Assembly: GCA_019058315.1 (NCBI GenBank)
Contig: JAHPZH010000001.1
Coordinates: 535,536 to 599,535, forward strand
Length of the DNA: 64,000 nucleotides
DNA from: Candidatus Helarchaeota archaeon
GTDB lineage: Archaea > Asgardarchaeota > Lokiarchaeia > Helarchaeales > RDOG01
Direction of reading: 5' to 3'
The translations under genes and the position numbers were made by a program. Shown one piece after another: positions 1 to 9,217 of this stretch. Positions within the stretch are counted from its first letter, which is position 1. Every line of letters begins with the position of its first letter. A model generated the notes under the pieces. It ran no database searches, was not told the origin of the DNA, and was given only the letters and a program-made list of their open reading frames with translations.

Positions 1-817
1 CCCCAGTCTTCGTTGGAAAAACAGAATCAAATAGATCAACTCCTCTCTCCACCGCTTCTAAAATATCTTGAGGTGTACCTACTCCCATCAAATGTATTGT
101 TTTATCTTTTGGCAATAATGGCACTGTATGATCTAAAACCTTATACATAACCTCTTTTGGTTCCCCAACACATAAACCACCAAGTGCATATCCTGGAAAA
201 TCTATCTCCAGCATTTTCTCGACACTTTTTTTTCGTAAATCTAAAAAAGTACCTCCTTGAATTATTCCAATTAAAGTTTGGTCAGTTGAATTATGTAATT
301 TTTTACATATTTTAGCCCAATTTAAAGTAAGTTCCAGAGATTTTTCATAATATTTATAATCTAAACCATAACGGGGACACTCATCAAAAATCATTATAAT
401 GTCTGCACCGAGTTTATGCTGTATCTCCATTGATTTTTCAGGTGTAATGATATATCTCTGGCCATCATAGGGATTTTTATATTCTATCCCATTTTCCTTA
501 ATTTTACAGTAAAAACGTGTTGACATGGCCTGAAATCCTCCACTATCTGTAAAAATGGGCTTTGACCAATTGATATATTTATGTAATCCCCCTAATCTCC
601 TAATAATTTCGAGACCTGGTCTTAAATACATGTGGAAAGCATTTACAATTATTGTTTGAGTACCAATTTTTTGTAGTTCTGGAAATGTCATCCCCTTTAC
701 AACCCCTTTAGTAGCACAACCTATGAATGCCGGAGTTTCTATCATTCCGTGCTGTGTTTTTAATAAACCTGTCCTTGCCTTAGATTTTGAATCTTTATTC
801 TTTATTTCAAATTCCAT
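1..817 (-). CDS. tgt: tRNA-guanine transglycosylase, bacterial (queuosine, G34) type; 3' end truncated by window edge
   Basis: Not in the ORF track. Manual translation from the ATG at 817: MEFEIKNKDSKSKARTGLLKTQHGMIETPAF...FHMYLRPG...GGLHKYINWSKPIFTDSGGFQ...DIIMIFDECP...GIIQGG...GYALGGLCVGEPKE...HLMGVGTPQDILEAVERGVDLFDSVFPT. These are all hallmark TGT motifs. Confidence 0.93.
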   Translation of the reverse strand, partial: MEFEIKNKDSKSKARTGLLKTQHGMIETPAFIGCATKGVVKGMTFPELQKIGTQTIIVNAFHMYLRPGLEIIRRLGGLHKYINWSKPIFTDSGGFQAMSTRFYCKIKENGIEYKNPYDGQRYIITPEKSMEIQHKLGADIIMIFDECPRYGLDYKYYEKSLELTLNWAKICKKLHNSTDQTLIGIIQGGTFLDLRKKSVEKMLEIDFPGYALGGLCVGEPKEVMYKVLDHTVPLLPKDKTIHLMGVGTPQDILEAVERGVDLFDSVFPTKTG

Positions 818-838
818 ATAACCAAATAACCTATTGTT

Positions 839-1219
839 TTAGATTCCCTCAATAGCCCTTTCTATATCATCGCCTTCATTTTTATCCCAAAATCTTCTAA
901 CAGAAGTAGAAATTCCACCTCGAACAGCAACCTCCAATTCAATAAATATCCAATTTGGTTCTATTACAGCTTTGAGGTCTTCAATTATTTTATTTATTAA
1001 TTCTTCATGATAAATTCCTTCATTTCTATAGCTCGTCAGATATAATTTTAAAGACTTTAACTCAACGATTTTCTCATCAGGTTCATAAAGTAATCTAAGT
1101 GTATAGAAATCAGGTAATTCAGTTGTTGGACAAACTGCAGTCAATTCTGGATATACATGTTCACAAACAAATTTTTTTCCTTTATTCTTATTTTCAAAAG
1201 TTTCAAGTAAATCTCTCAT
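839..1219 (-). CDS. queF: NADPH-dependent preQ0 reductase QueF (type I, unimodular)
   Basis: CPTTELPDF (catalytic Cys/Asp), QueF motif VELKSLKLYL, YHEE and RGGI; directly upstream of tgt on the same strand. Confidence 0.88.
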   Translation of the reverse strand: MRDLLETFENKNKGKKFVCEHVYPELTAVCPTTELPDFYTLRLLYEPDEKIVELKSLKLYLTSYRNEGIYHEELINKIIEDLKAVIEPNWIFIELEVAVRGGISTSVRRFWDKNEGDDIERAIEGI

Positions 1220-1349
1220 CTTTTTAACTTCTATAAATTTGTCATTTTAGTAATATTAAGAATCAGTTTAATTAAATATGAAATAATTAATTAAAATATT
1301 AATATTTTCAGCACTTTGAAATTGAATTATTTGAAAAATATAAAAAAGG

Positions 1350-1997
1350 GTGCTTAAAATAAATTCTGACGAAAATCTCGGAAAAGTTACAATTGAAAAA
1401 TCAGCACTTCAAAATGCATTAAGTCATGTAGCAGAATATGGAAATTTTAGGCTTCCTCGCCGTAAATGGAAGGAAGTGTACGGGTTACTAATTGGAAAGT
1501 TAAAAAATAATAATTTAATTGTAAATAATGCATTTCCAATGACTCATGGTAGTTCGATATTTGTTGAATTTGAAAAAGAACATTACATTCTTGCAGCAGA
1601 AATTAATGAGATTATTGCTGAAAATGGTGATTTTTTTGTTGGCTGGTATCATTCACATCCTGGTTTAGGATTTTTCTTATCAGGAACCGATGTTTTAACT
1701 CAATTAGGATTTCAAGACGTAAATCCTCATGCAATAGCAATTGTTTTTGATCATAAAGAATTAGAAAGGGAAAATGAAACATTTACAATCTTCCGTTTAC
1801 ATAATACGTCGGAAGGAATTTTATCTAATTACTATGTTGTAGATTATGAACTCAATGGTTTAGAGAATGAATCAGAGTTAGAATTTATAGAAAAAATATA
1901 TTATAAAATAACTCATTCTTTAGAAACTAAAAAAATCAGAAAAGTAGAAAGCACAGCAAGGAATAATATTGAAAAATGGCTTAAGTTAGAAGATTAA
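1350..1997 (+). CDS. MPN/JAMM (Rpn11/Mov34-like) metalloisopeptidase
   Basis: KEVYGLLIG (catalytic Glu) and VGWYHSHPGLGFFLSGTD (JAMM HxH-x7-S-x2-D). Confidence 0.88.
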   Translation: MLKINSDENLGKVTIEKSALQNALSHVAEYGNFRLPRRKWKEVYGLLIGKLKNNNLIVNNAFPMTHGSSIFVEFEKEHYILAAEINEIIAENGDFFVGWYHSHPGLGFFLSGTDVLTQLGFQDVNPHAIAIVFDHKELERENETFTIFRLHNTSEGILSNYYVVDYELNGLENESELEFIEKIYYKITHSLETKKIRKVESTARNNIEKWLKLED

Positions 1998-2055
1998 AAT
2001 AAAAAGTATTATAAATTTATAGATTTATTCTTAAGCTGGGATTTTATTTAAAAAT

Positions 2056-2703
2056 CTATTCTATTGGAGTCCCGCATTTTGGGCAGATCTCAGCATCATA
2101 ATCAACTTCTGCCCCACAATTAGGACAATTAACTCCAAGGACTGAAAATACTTCATCTAATTCTGATGATGTTTCGACAGATTGTGTTGGTGTAGGATGG
2201 GATGGTAGATTTTGTCCAAAAGATATAACGGGTTCTGTTGTTGTGGTCTCAGTTGTAATTTCTTGTTGTATATTACTCTGATCTTTTATTTCAGCAGGTT
2301 TAGTAACTGCAGTTGAATATGCTGACCAAAATGAATCAGGTTGACTAGTTGGCTTTTTCATTTTTATTGTTGGTTTAGGTCCTGCTTGTGGTGTTATTGG
2401 GGTAGGTAGGGCACCAGTTTTTTGAAAATCATCAACTTGTTTCAATAAAGTTGCCATTTTTGCACCCAGATCCATTTCATCTATAGGATGGTCTTTTAAT
2501 GAATATTTATGTCCAACAATATCCCGAATATAGTCTGTGATGACGGCTGAAGTTACTTTCTTGAGTTTCACAACCTTAAGGACCTTATTATTGGTATTAT
2601 CTATTACTCTCATAGCCCACTTTTTTCTAACTGATGCTATTTGAAAACTACATGGGCATCCTTTGATTGGGATCTTTTCTGTAATAAATTCTGTCTGTGC
2701 CGT
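2056..2703 (-). CDS. Hypothetical protein with Pro/Thr-rich linker and C-terminal zinc ribbon
   Basis: C-terminal CPNCG...CPKCG. The track start is the ATG at 2613, but the frame stays open to an ACG at 2703 that follows a GGAGGA SD-like sequence, so the start is uncertain. Confidence 0.7.
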   Translation of the reverse strand, partial: TAQTEFITEKIPIKGCPCSFQIASVRKKWAMRVIDNTNNKVLKVVKLKKVTSAVITDYIRDIVGHKYSLKDHPIDEMDLGAKMATLLKQVDDFQKTGALPTPITPQAGPKPTIKMKKPTSQPDSFWSAYSTAVTKPAEIKDQSNIQQEITTETTTTEPVISFGQNLPSHPTPTQSVETSSELDEVFSVLGVNCPNCGAEVDYDAEICPKCGTPIE

Positions 2704-2805
2704 ATGGAATCCTCCAACTAGTTATACAATAAATTTGAAAATATTAATTAATAAGAATTTTTGTGTTTATTTAACAACTTTTTAATTTATAAGGGTATTT
2801 TCACG

Positions 2806-4923
2806 ATGAAGATAGATCTAAGAAAAATGAAAAAAAGAACCCTTATTTTTCTTATGCTATCATTAGTGGGAGTATCTATCCTTTTTCTTGTTCCCGGAAT
2901 TTTTGATAAAGCTGAAAAAAACCCTTATGATGAGCCCGGAGTATTAATTAATGAGGTTTATATTTATGGTTTTTTAACGCACTTTCTCGAACCTACTGTG
3001 ACTCTTTCGGCAGCTATTGTACAACCATTAATTCATAATGGAGGGCTACGTCCGGGAATAGTTTTATGTCACGGATGGGGAGCAACTAAAGAGGAATTAA
3101 TGTATATTGCTGCTGATTTTGCTAGAGCCGGGATGGTTGTAATATTATTTGACATGGAGGGGACGGGAAGGAGTACGGGGGCTCATAATTTGGTTGGAGG
3201 AAGAACTAGACTTAATGCGTGGGCTGCAGTCGAATATTTGGTTAAATTAAGTGATGTGTTACATATAAATACAAGCTGTATAGGCATGGCTGGACATAGT
3301 CAAGGTGGTATTACAACAGCAATTGCTTCCGCATTAGATGAAGTCGATGGCCCTGCTTCTAAAGGCATAGCAAACATATCCGCATCAGTTTCAATATTTT
3401 CAGAAGGTTTTATTGAAGATGTTTTTGGTGTTATGTTTGGGTATGATTCAACTGTAATGCCAATTTTATGGCCTTACCTTGGAATGGACTTATTCGATTA
3501 CAATAACCCACTGGATAGATGGCAACAATCTATTATTCCCAATATTAATGCCTCTAGACCAAAAAATTGGATGCTAATTACAGGTCAATCAGATGAATTG
3601 ACAAATAATTGGATTCAATATCATGTTATGAAGCATGCTGTGCCTGATGAAATAACATATGAAGATCTCATTTCAAATATTACTACTAAGAATGTTTGGA
3701 CTCTCCCAACACAATTAGGAAATTTCTCACAGGGAACAGCGAGAAAATTCAGTCTTCTTTATGGGAGAGATCACTCTGGAGAAATGGATTCTGTATTAAC
3801 AGGCACAATGATGATTGATTGGTTTTGTGATGCCTTTTTATTCAATCAAGATAGAACAGAATTAGAAATTCTTACTGGTATAATTATATTCCGTGATGAA
3901 TTTTCTGACTTTAATACAGATTCATTATTTGATATAATTTCTAAAACTATTTCATCAAATGGTCTGCTGATAGGATTAACAATTGCGATGATTCCATTAG
4001 GTTATTTTCTTTCATTAAAGTTTAAAAATAAGAAGAATTTAGATCCAGTAAATGCTCGAAACATTGAAAAAAGATCTTTTATAAAATGTCTTTTATTATA
4101 TGCTGGGGTTTATCTATTAGCTTCATTGTGTTCATTTTTCTTTGCTTGGTTATTTTCAATTCGCACAATTGTTCCATTTTTTGTCTCTAATATTTTTGCT
4201 GTGTTCTTCTTAATGAAACAAATAATATTAGTTCCCTCACTGATTGGTATTATCTATTATGAAAGGAAAAAACTTAATCAAACAGCTGAAGATTTTGGAA
4301 TTTCTCGAGAAAGTCTTTTAAAATCAGCATTAATCGGAATAATTATGATATTAACCTTTATATCTATTACTAATATTGTAGATCTGACATTTAATAATTT
4401 CACACAAGCCCTTTTTATTCCTCCAGCCCATTTACAAGGATTCTTCACATTTGTACTAATCTTAGGTCTAAATTTTTTAATTGATGATCTAATATTCAGA
4501 GGATTGGTTCAATCGAAAATGGAACGTTATGGGGGCCGTTGGAATGCTGCTTTTTTAACAAACTTCTATACTGCTGTAATCGGAGGTCTGGCAATGATGT
4601 TTACTGTGCTGCCTCTATTTTGGAACGATCCGGGCTCTTCGCTTACATTTTGGGACATTGATATATTAAGAATGCTATTTAGAGATACTCCTTTAGTGCT
4701 TCCATTTATACTAGCCGTATTTTTAGGTGGAACTGGGTTATACGCTATTATTGGAATAATTTCTGGAATATTTAAAGCGAAAACAAGAAATATAATAGCT
4801 GGAACTGTTGTTATTACATTAATTGTTGCATTTCTCCTCGTTAATTGGGGACCATTTGGAATCCTTACTGCTTGGGACGGAGTACATTTTCCACAATATA
4901 TACACGCGGTGATTTCAGATTGA
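2806..4923 (+). CDS. Membrane-anchored alpha/beta hydrolase fused to a C-terminal multi-TM CPBP (Abi/CAAX protease)-like domain
   Basis: N-terminal TM; VLCHGWG oxyanion motif; GHSQGG nucleophile elbow; C-terminal multi-TM region with IDDLIFRGLVQ, resembling CPBP EExxFRG. ATG 2806 preferred over TTG 2761. Confidence 0.72.
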   Translation: MKIDLRKMKKRTLIFLMLSLVGVSILFLVPGIFDKAEKNPYDEPGVLINEVYIYGFLTHFLEPTVTLSAAIVQPLIHNGGLRPGIVLCHGWGATKEELMYIAADFARAGMVVILFDMEGTGRSTGAHNLVGGRTRLNAWAAVEYLVKLSDVLHINTSCIGMAGHSQGGITTAIASALDEVDGPASKGIANISASVSIFSEGFIEDVFGVMFGYDSTVMPILWPYLGMDLFDYNNPLDRWQQSIIPNINASRPKNWMLITGQSDELTNNWIQYHVMKHAVPDEITYEDLISNITTKNVWTLPTQLGNFSQGTARKFSLLYGRDHSGEMDSVLTGTMMIDWFCDAFLFNQDRTELEILTGIIIFRDEFSDFNTDSLFDIISKTISSNGLLIGLTIAMIPLGYFLSLKFKNKKNLDPVNARNIEKRSFIKCLLLYAGVYLLASLCSFFFAWLFSIRTIVPFFVSNIFAVFFLMKQIILVPSLIGIIYYERKKLNQTAEDFGISRESLLKSALIGIIMILTFISITNIVDLTFNNFTQALFIPPAHLQGFFTFVLILGLNFLIDDLIFRGLVQSKMERYGGRWNAAFLTNFYTAVIGGLAMMFTVLPLFWNDPGSSLTFWDIDILRMLFRDTPLVLPFILAVFLGGTGLYAIIGIISGIFKAKTRNIIAGTVVITLIVAFLLVNWGPFGILTAWDGVHFPQYIHAVISD

Positions 4924-4995
4924 TCTAAAAAAATTAGATATTGTTTTATTTTAAAAAATCTTGAAATTTTCATTACTTAATTTTTGAATAAATGA

Positions 4996-5072
4996 AGTAA
5001 GTTATATTGTAACTTGCTTATATTGCAATTTGGTTATATCATAATATATCTTGTACTTTATATTCGCAATTG
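4996..5072. promoter_or_regulatory. Imperfect 16-bp tandem repeats with an embedded palindrome upstream of the surface-protein gene
   Basis: GTTATATTGTAACTTG (5001), CTTATATTGCAATTTG (5017), GTTATATCATAATATA (5033), plus a related copy TTATATTCGCAATTG (5058). AAGTTA-n5-TAACTT inverted repeat at 4999-5015. Confidence 0.4.
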
Positions 5073-5192
5073 TATGTTGTTTTATTCACTTGTATTAGGG
5101 TAATTTAAGATTAAATATTAAAAAATTAATAAACAACATATAAGGAGCTTTTTAAAATTAAAAAATGGGTAATATCTTGTATTTTAATTTCT

Positions 5193-6953
5193 ATGATGCT
5201 ATATTTTTCTATATTCGGTGTTTCATTGTCCAATTCTCCTATCTTTATATCATTCCCAGAATCAATTAACCAAAATTCCAATTTGTATACTTCTAGTTGG
5301 TCTAATGCGACTGTGATTTCAGACGATAGTAGTGGATGGAATAATATGGGCAGCTACTACCCTAGCATCATTACAGGTAAAAATGGAACTTTACACGTGG
5401 TTTGGACTGATAATACATTTGGTCCATGGGGAACTGATTATGAAATATTTTATGCAAATTACACTGACGCTGGCTGGTCCAATGCAACTTGTATTTCAGA
5501 TATTTACGGGTGGAATGATGCTTATAGTGCTTATCAAAGTATTGCTATTGATGATAATGGAAATTTACATGTAGTCTGGACGGATGACACGGATGGTGAA
5601 TGGGGAACGGATCTAGAAATAATGTATACTAATCGTACTGCAGCTGGTTGGTCTAATGCAACGGTGATCTCGGATGATGCAACTGGGTGGAATGATGCTG
5701 ATAGTAATTATCCTAGCATCGCTACTGACATTAATGGAAACGTACACGTTGTTTGGCAGGATGATACGAATGGTACATGGGGAATTGATACAGAAATAAT
5801 GTATACAAATTATACTGCCACGGGCTGGTCCAATGCAACGGCGATTTCTGACATTTATGGATGGAATAATGATGTTAGTAGAGAACCATGCATCACCACA
5901 GATAAGAATGGAATAGTGCATGTGGTTTGGCATGACGATACAGATGGTACATGGGGAACAGATATGGAAATAATGTATTCAAATTATACTGCATCAGGTT
6001 GGTCTAATGCTACCGCGATTTCAGATATTTACGGATGGAATGATGGTTATAGTTCATATCCTAGCATTGCCACAGATAATAATGGAAGTATACATGTTGT
6101 CTGGCAGGATATCGTGGCGGGTGAATGGGGATCAGATGTCGAAATATTTTATACTAATCATACTACTGCGGGCTGGTCAAATGCAACTGTGATTTCAGAT
6201 GATAGTTCTGACTGGAATGATGGATCAAGTTGGAGACCTAGCATTGCCACGGATAATAATAATGGAATTCACGTGGTCTGGGAAGACTACACTGACGGTG
6301 AGTGGGGAACTGATTCTGAAATAATGTATGTAAGATACACTAGTGTGGGTTGGTCTAACGCAACATGTATTTCAGATCTTTATGGATGGAATGATCTTTC
6401 GAGTGTTTACGCTAGTATCGCAACCGATAATTATAGAAGGGTCCATATTGTATGGCAGGATGATACAGATGGTGAATGGGGAACAGATCAAGAAGTGATG
6501 TATTCATACATAGGATATCCAACCTCAAACCACCCTTTAAATATTACGACTTCAACCAAGGGTTCGGAAACAATCAATTGGACACTTTGGGATGCAGTAG
6601 GATCTGGAAAATTTAGGGTTTGGACGAATGATACAAACGATATCTATTATATTTGGCAGGATTGGATTGATTGGACGAATAATACAAATTTATTAGTGCC
6701 GATTAATAGAACTACGATTGGGTTTTTCAATTATACAATCGAATACAACAATAGTATGGGTGAAATGGGTATAATTGACACAGTAATGGTAAATGTTACT
6801 AAATATGTACCTTCAAATCAAGAGCAAAATTTGGGGTTAGTTCTTATATTAGCAACACAACCGACAGATTCAGGTCTAATCTTTGTATTGATTGGAATTG
6901 GTGCTGCAGCGGTAATAATCGTAATTGTAATAGTAATTAAAAGGAAAAAATAA
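5193..6953 (+). CDS. Cell-surface glycoprotein: 7 x ~58-aa repeats (probable 7-bladed beta-propeller), Ig-like stalk and C-terminal TM anchor
   Basis: Seven copies of WSNATxISD..GWN...S..PSIATD.NG.HVVW.D.T.G.WG.D.EI.Y; many N-x-T/S sequons; C-terminal hydrophobic helix followed by KRKK. True start may be ~5157. Confidence 0.85.
   Translation: MMLYFSIFGVSLSNSPIFISFPESINQNSNLYTSSWSNATVISDDSSGWNNMGSYYPSIITGKNGTLHVVWTDNTFGPWGTDYEIFYANYTDAGWSNATCISDIYGWNDAYSAYQSIAIDDNGNLHVVWTDDTDGEWGTDLEIMYTNRTAAGWSNATVISDDATGWNDADSNYPSIATDINGNVHVVWQDDTNGTWGIDTEIMYTNYTATGWSNATAISDIYGWNNDVSREPCITTDKNGIVHVVWHDDTDGTWGTDMEIMYSNYTASGWSNATAISDIYGWNDGYSSYPSIATDNNGSIHVVWQDIVAGEWGSDVEIFYTNHTTAGWSNATVISDDSSDWNDGSSWRPSIATDNNNGIHVVWEDYTDGEWGTDSEIMYVRYTSVGWSNATCISDLYGWNDLSSVYASIATDNYRRVHIVWQDDTDGEWGTDQEVMYSYIGYPTSNHPLNITTSTKGSETINWTLWDAVGSGKFRVWTNDTNDIYYIWQDWIDWTNNTNLLVPINRTTIGFFNYTIEYNNSMGEMGIIDTVMVNVTKYVPSNQEQNLGLVLILATQPTDSGLIFVLIGIGAAAVIIVIVIVIKRKK
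5298..6515 (+). repeat. Intragenic ~174-177 bp tandem repeats (7 units) encoding propeller blades
   Basis: Recurrent tggtc(t/c/a)aa(t/c)gc...atttc...tggaat...ggtgaatgggga...gaaata motifs in frame. Confidence 0.8.
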
Positions 6954-7034
6954 CCTTAAACATTCAAAATCTTCTTTTTTTTCAATATGTTTGGATTTAT
7001 CTCCATAATTTCAGATTAATAAAATAAATAATTT

Positions 7035-8090
7035 CTATTCTTCAGACTTTTTATTTTCTTCAAAATTATAAAGAATTTTACCTATATTATAAAATACTTC
7101 ATCAACATTTTCCCCATTTAACGCCGAAGTTTCGATGTATTCATACTTCAATTGCTTTCCTAGTTTTATTCCATCTTCTTTAGTTACTTTCCTCTCATCA
7201 CTCATATCTGATTTATTACCAACGATATATCCCAAGATTTTTTCATCTTTTAAAAATCTATTTATATCGGAATTCCATTTTGCTACATTTCCAAAGGTTT
7301 TTGGAGAAGTTAAATCAAAAATCAACAGTTGAGCATCTGCACCTCTATAAAAATGTTTTCTCATTTTTTGAAATTTTGTTTGTCCTGCAAGATCCCAGAT
7401 TATCAATTCAATGTTTGTATTTTTATAATTAATTATTTTTTCGGTAATATTAACTCCAATTGTACTGATATATGTTCTTTTAAAAGCATGATCAGTAAAT
7501 CTTAAAATTATCGAAGTTTTTCCAACACTAGGATCTCCACAAACAATAATTTTAAATCTATATTTTGATTTTATAACCTCCTCCTCATCCAAAATAGGAA
7601 AAGACTCCTCTTCATCAATAAAAATTTCTTGACTTTTTAAATCTTCTAATAAATTTATTATTTTGGCATGAAATTTTTTCAATTCTTCTTGAATTTGATT
7701 TTTATCCGCAGTTTCTTCTTCGATATCAATGATTTTATCAATTGTCTCATTAAAAATAACTTCAAAATGATTCAAGTATTTATAAAAAATCGAATCATTT
7801 ACTTCGTTATAGAGCAAAGTCAAGCTACTTTCCGCAATCCCACCTCTTCTAGATTTATTCTTAATCTCCAATAATCGAACTAAACCTTTCAAATTGATAG
7901 ATGGAAAAGGTAAGATTGCTATAGATTCTGAACTACGGTGATCCTCACCAATCATAATGTTGATTGTTTTTAAACTCACTAGATTTTTTATTTTTATGGA
8001 TATATCTTGTGGATAGTATGCAAGAGCCGTAGGCCCCAGTTTATCCTCAAACTGAGAATAAATGACCCCAATTATTAATTCTTCTGTCAA
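7035..8090 (-). CDS. Longin/uDENN-like domain fused to Rab-like small GTPase
   Basis: N-terminal GVIYSQFEDKLGPTALAYYP resembles the longin/uDENN start. G-boxes GDPSVGKTS, YISTIG, WDLAGQ, GNKSD, ETSA. Confidence 0.88.
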   Translation of the reverse strand: MTEELIIGVIYSQFEDKLGPTALAYYPQDISIKIKNLVSLKTINIMIGEDHRSSESIAILPFPSINLKGLVRLLEIKNKSRRGGIAESSLTLLYNEVNDSIFYKYLNHFEVIFNETIDKIIDIEEETADKNQIQEELKKFHAKIINLLEDLKSQEIFIDEEESFPILDEEEVIKSKYRFKIIVCGDPSVGKTSIILRFTDHAFKRTYISTIGVNITEKIINYKNTNIELIIWDLAGQTKFQKMRKHFYRGADAQLLIFDLTSPKTFGNVAKWNSDINRFLKDEKILGYIVGNKSDMSDERKVTKEDGIKLGKQLKYEYIETSALNGENVDEVFYNIGKILYNFEENKKSEE

Positions 8091-8114
8091 TTCTAATCTT
8101 TTATTTAACTCAAG

Positions 8115-9161
8115 TTATTTTCTCTTTAATAATTCTCCTAAATTAAAGAAAGCATCATCAATATTCTCACCTGTTAAAGCAGAAGTCTCAATGTAACCAA
8201 GATTTAACTTTTTCGCAATTTTTAAAGCCACATCTTCATCTATTTTTCGATTTTCAACTAAATCATTCTTATTTCCAACAATAAAACCCTTAATTTTTGT
8301 TTTTAAATAGGATTCAACATCTTTATACCAATCTGGAATGCTATTTAATGTTTTTGGGCGTGTTAAATCAAATACTAATAGTACACCATCCGCTCCTTGA
8401 TAGAAATGTTTTCGCATTCTTGAAAATTTGCTTTGTCCAGCTATATCCCAAAGAATGTATACAATTGAGATATTTTTTTCTTTAGATAAATCTATTTTTT
8501 TTTCTGAGATATTAACTCCAATAGTCGGTATATAAGTTCGTTTAAATGCCCTATCAGTAAATCTTAATATAGTAGAAGTTTTCCCAACACCAGGATCTCC
8601 ACAAACAATAATTTTGAACCTAAAAGACTTCCCTACTACCACTTTCTCAGGAACAGCTTCGGGGAAGGCTTCTCCCTCCAGAGCCTCCATCTCAGTTTCT
8701 CGTAATTCATCTAAAATCGTATTTAATTTTATATAAAACTCTTCCATCTCTTTCAAAATGCGATTTTTATCTGCATTTGATTCCTCTAATTCAATAACTT
8801 TTTCAACAGTTTCATTAAATACAGACTCAAAATTTGGCATATATTTATAAAAAATTAGATCATTAGCCTCATTGAATAAAACTGTTATAGATGCATCAAC
8901 AACTCCCCCTCTTCGTGTTTCATCTTTGATTTCAATCGCTTTAACTAAACCTTTAAGATTATTTGATGGAAACGGAATTACGGCTAAGGACTTAGGAGTT
9001 TCTCCTTTTTCTCCTGATAAAATATTAATAGTTTTTAGACTAACAGTGTTTCTAACATCCTCTGCAATATCAGAGGGATGCCACACTATTGCTCTAGGAC
9101 CGAGTTTCCCATGAAATTTTGAATAAATTCCACCTTTAATAAGATTTTTTTCCATTTTCAA
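8115..9161 (-). CDS. Longin/uDENN-like domain fused to Rab-like small GTPase (tandem paralogue)
   Basis: GGIYSKFHGKLGPRAIVWHP; GDPGVGKTS, YIPTIG, WDIAGQ, GNKND, ETSA; collinear with 7035..8090. Confidence 0.88.
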   Translation of the reverse strand: MKMEKNLIKGGIYSKFHGKLGPRAIVWHPSDIAEDVRNTVSLKTINILSGEKGETPKSLAVIPFPSNNLKGLVKAIEIKDETRRGGVVDASITVLFNEANDLIFYKYMPNFESVFNETVEKVIELEESNADKNRILKEMEEFYIKLNTILDELRETEMEALEGEAFPEAVPEKVVVGKSFRFKIIVCGDPGVGKTSTILRFTDRAFKRTYIPTIGVNISEKKIDLSKEKNISIVYILWDIAGQSKFSRMRKHFYQGADGVLLVFDLTRPKTLNSIPDWYKDVESYLKTKIKGFIVGNKNDLVENRKIDEDVALKIAKKLNLGYIETSALTGENIDDAFFNLGELLKRK

Positions 9162-9217
9162 TCAAATTATTTTATTAGAATCTATAAAATACTTATTCAT
9201 TTTTCAACGTTATTAAA

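Noticed and set aside
839-1219. Archaeosine synthase QueF-L
   Set aside because: Retains the QueF NADPH-binding motif and is paired with a bacterial-type TGT.
5298-6515. CRISPR array or non-coding repeat
   Set aside because: Repeats are ~175 bp, in frame and diverge at synonymous positions; they are protein repeats.
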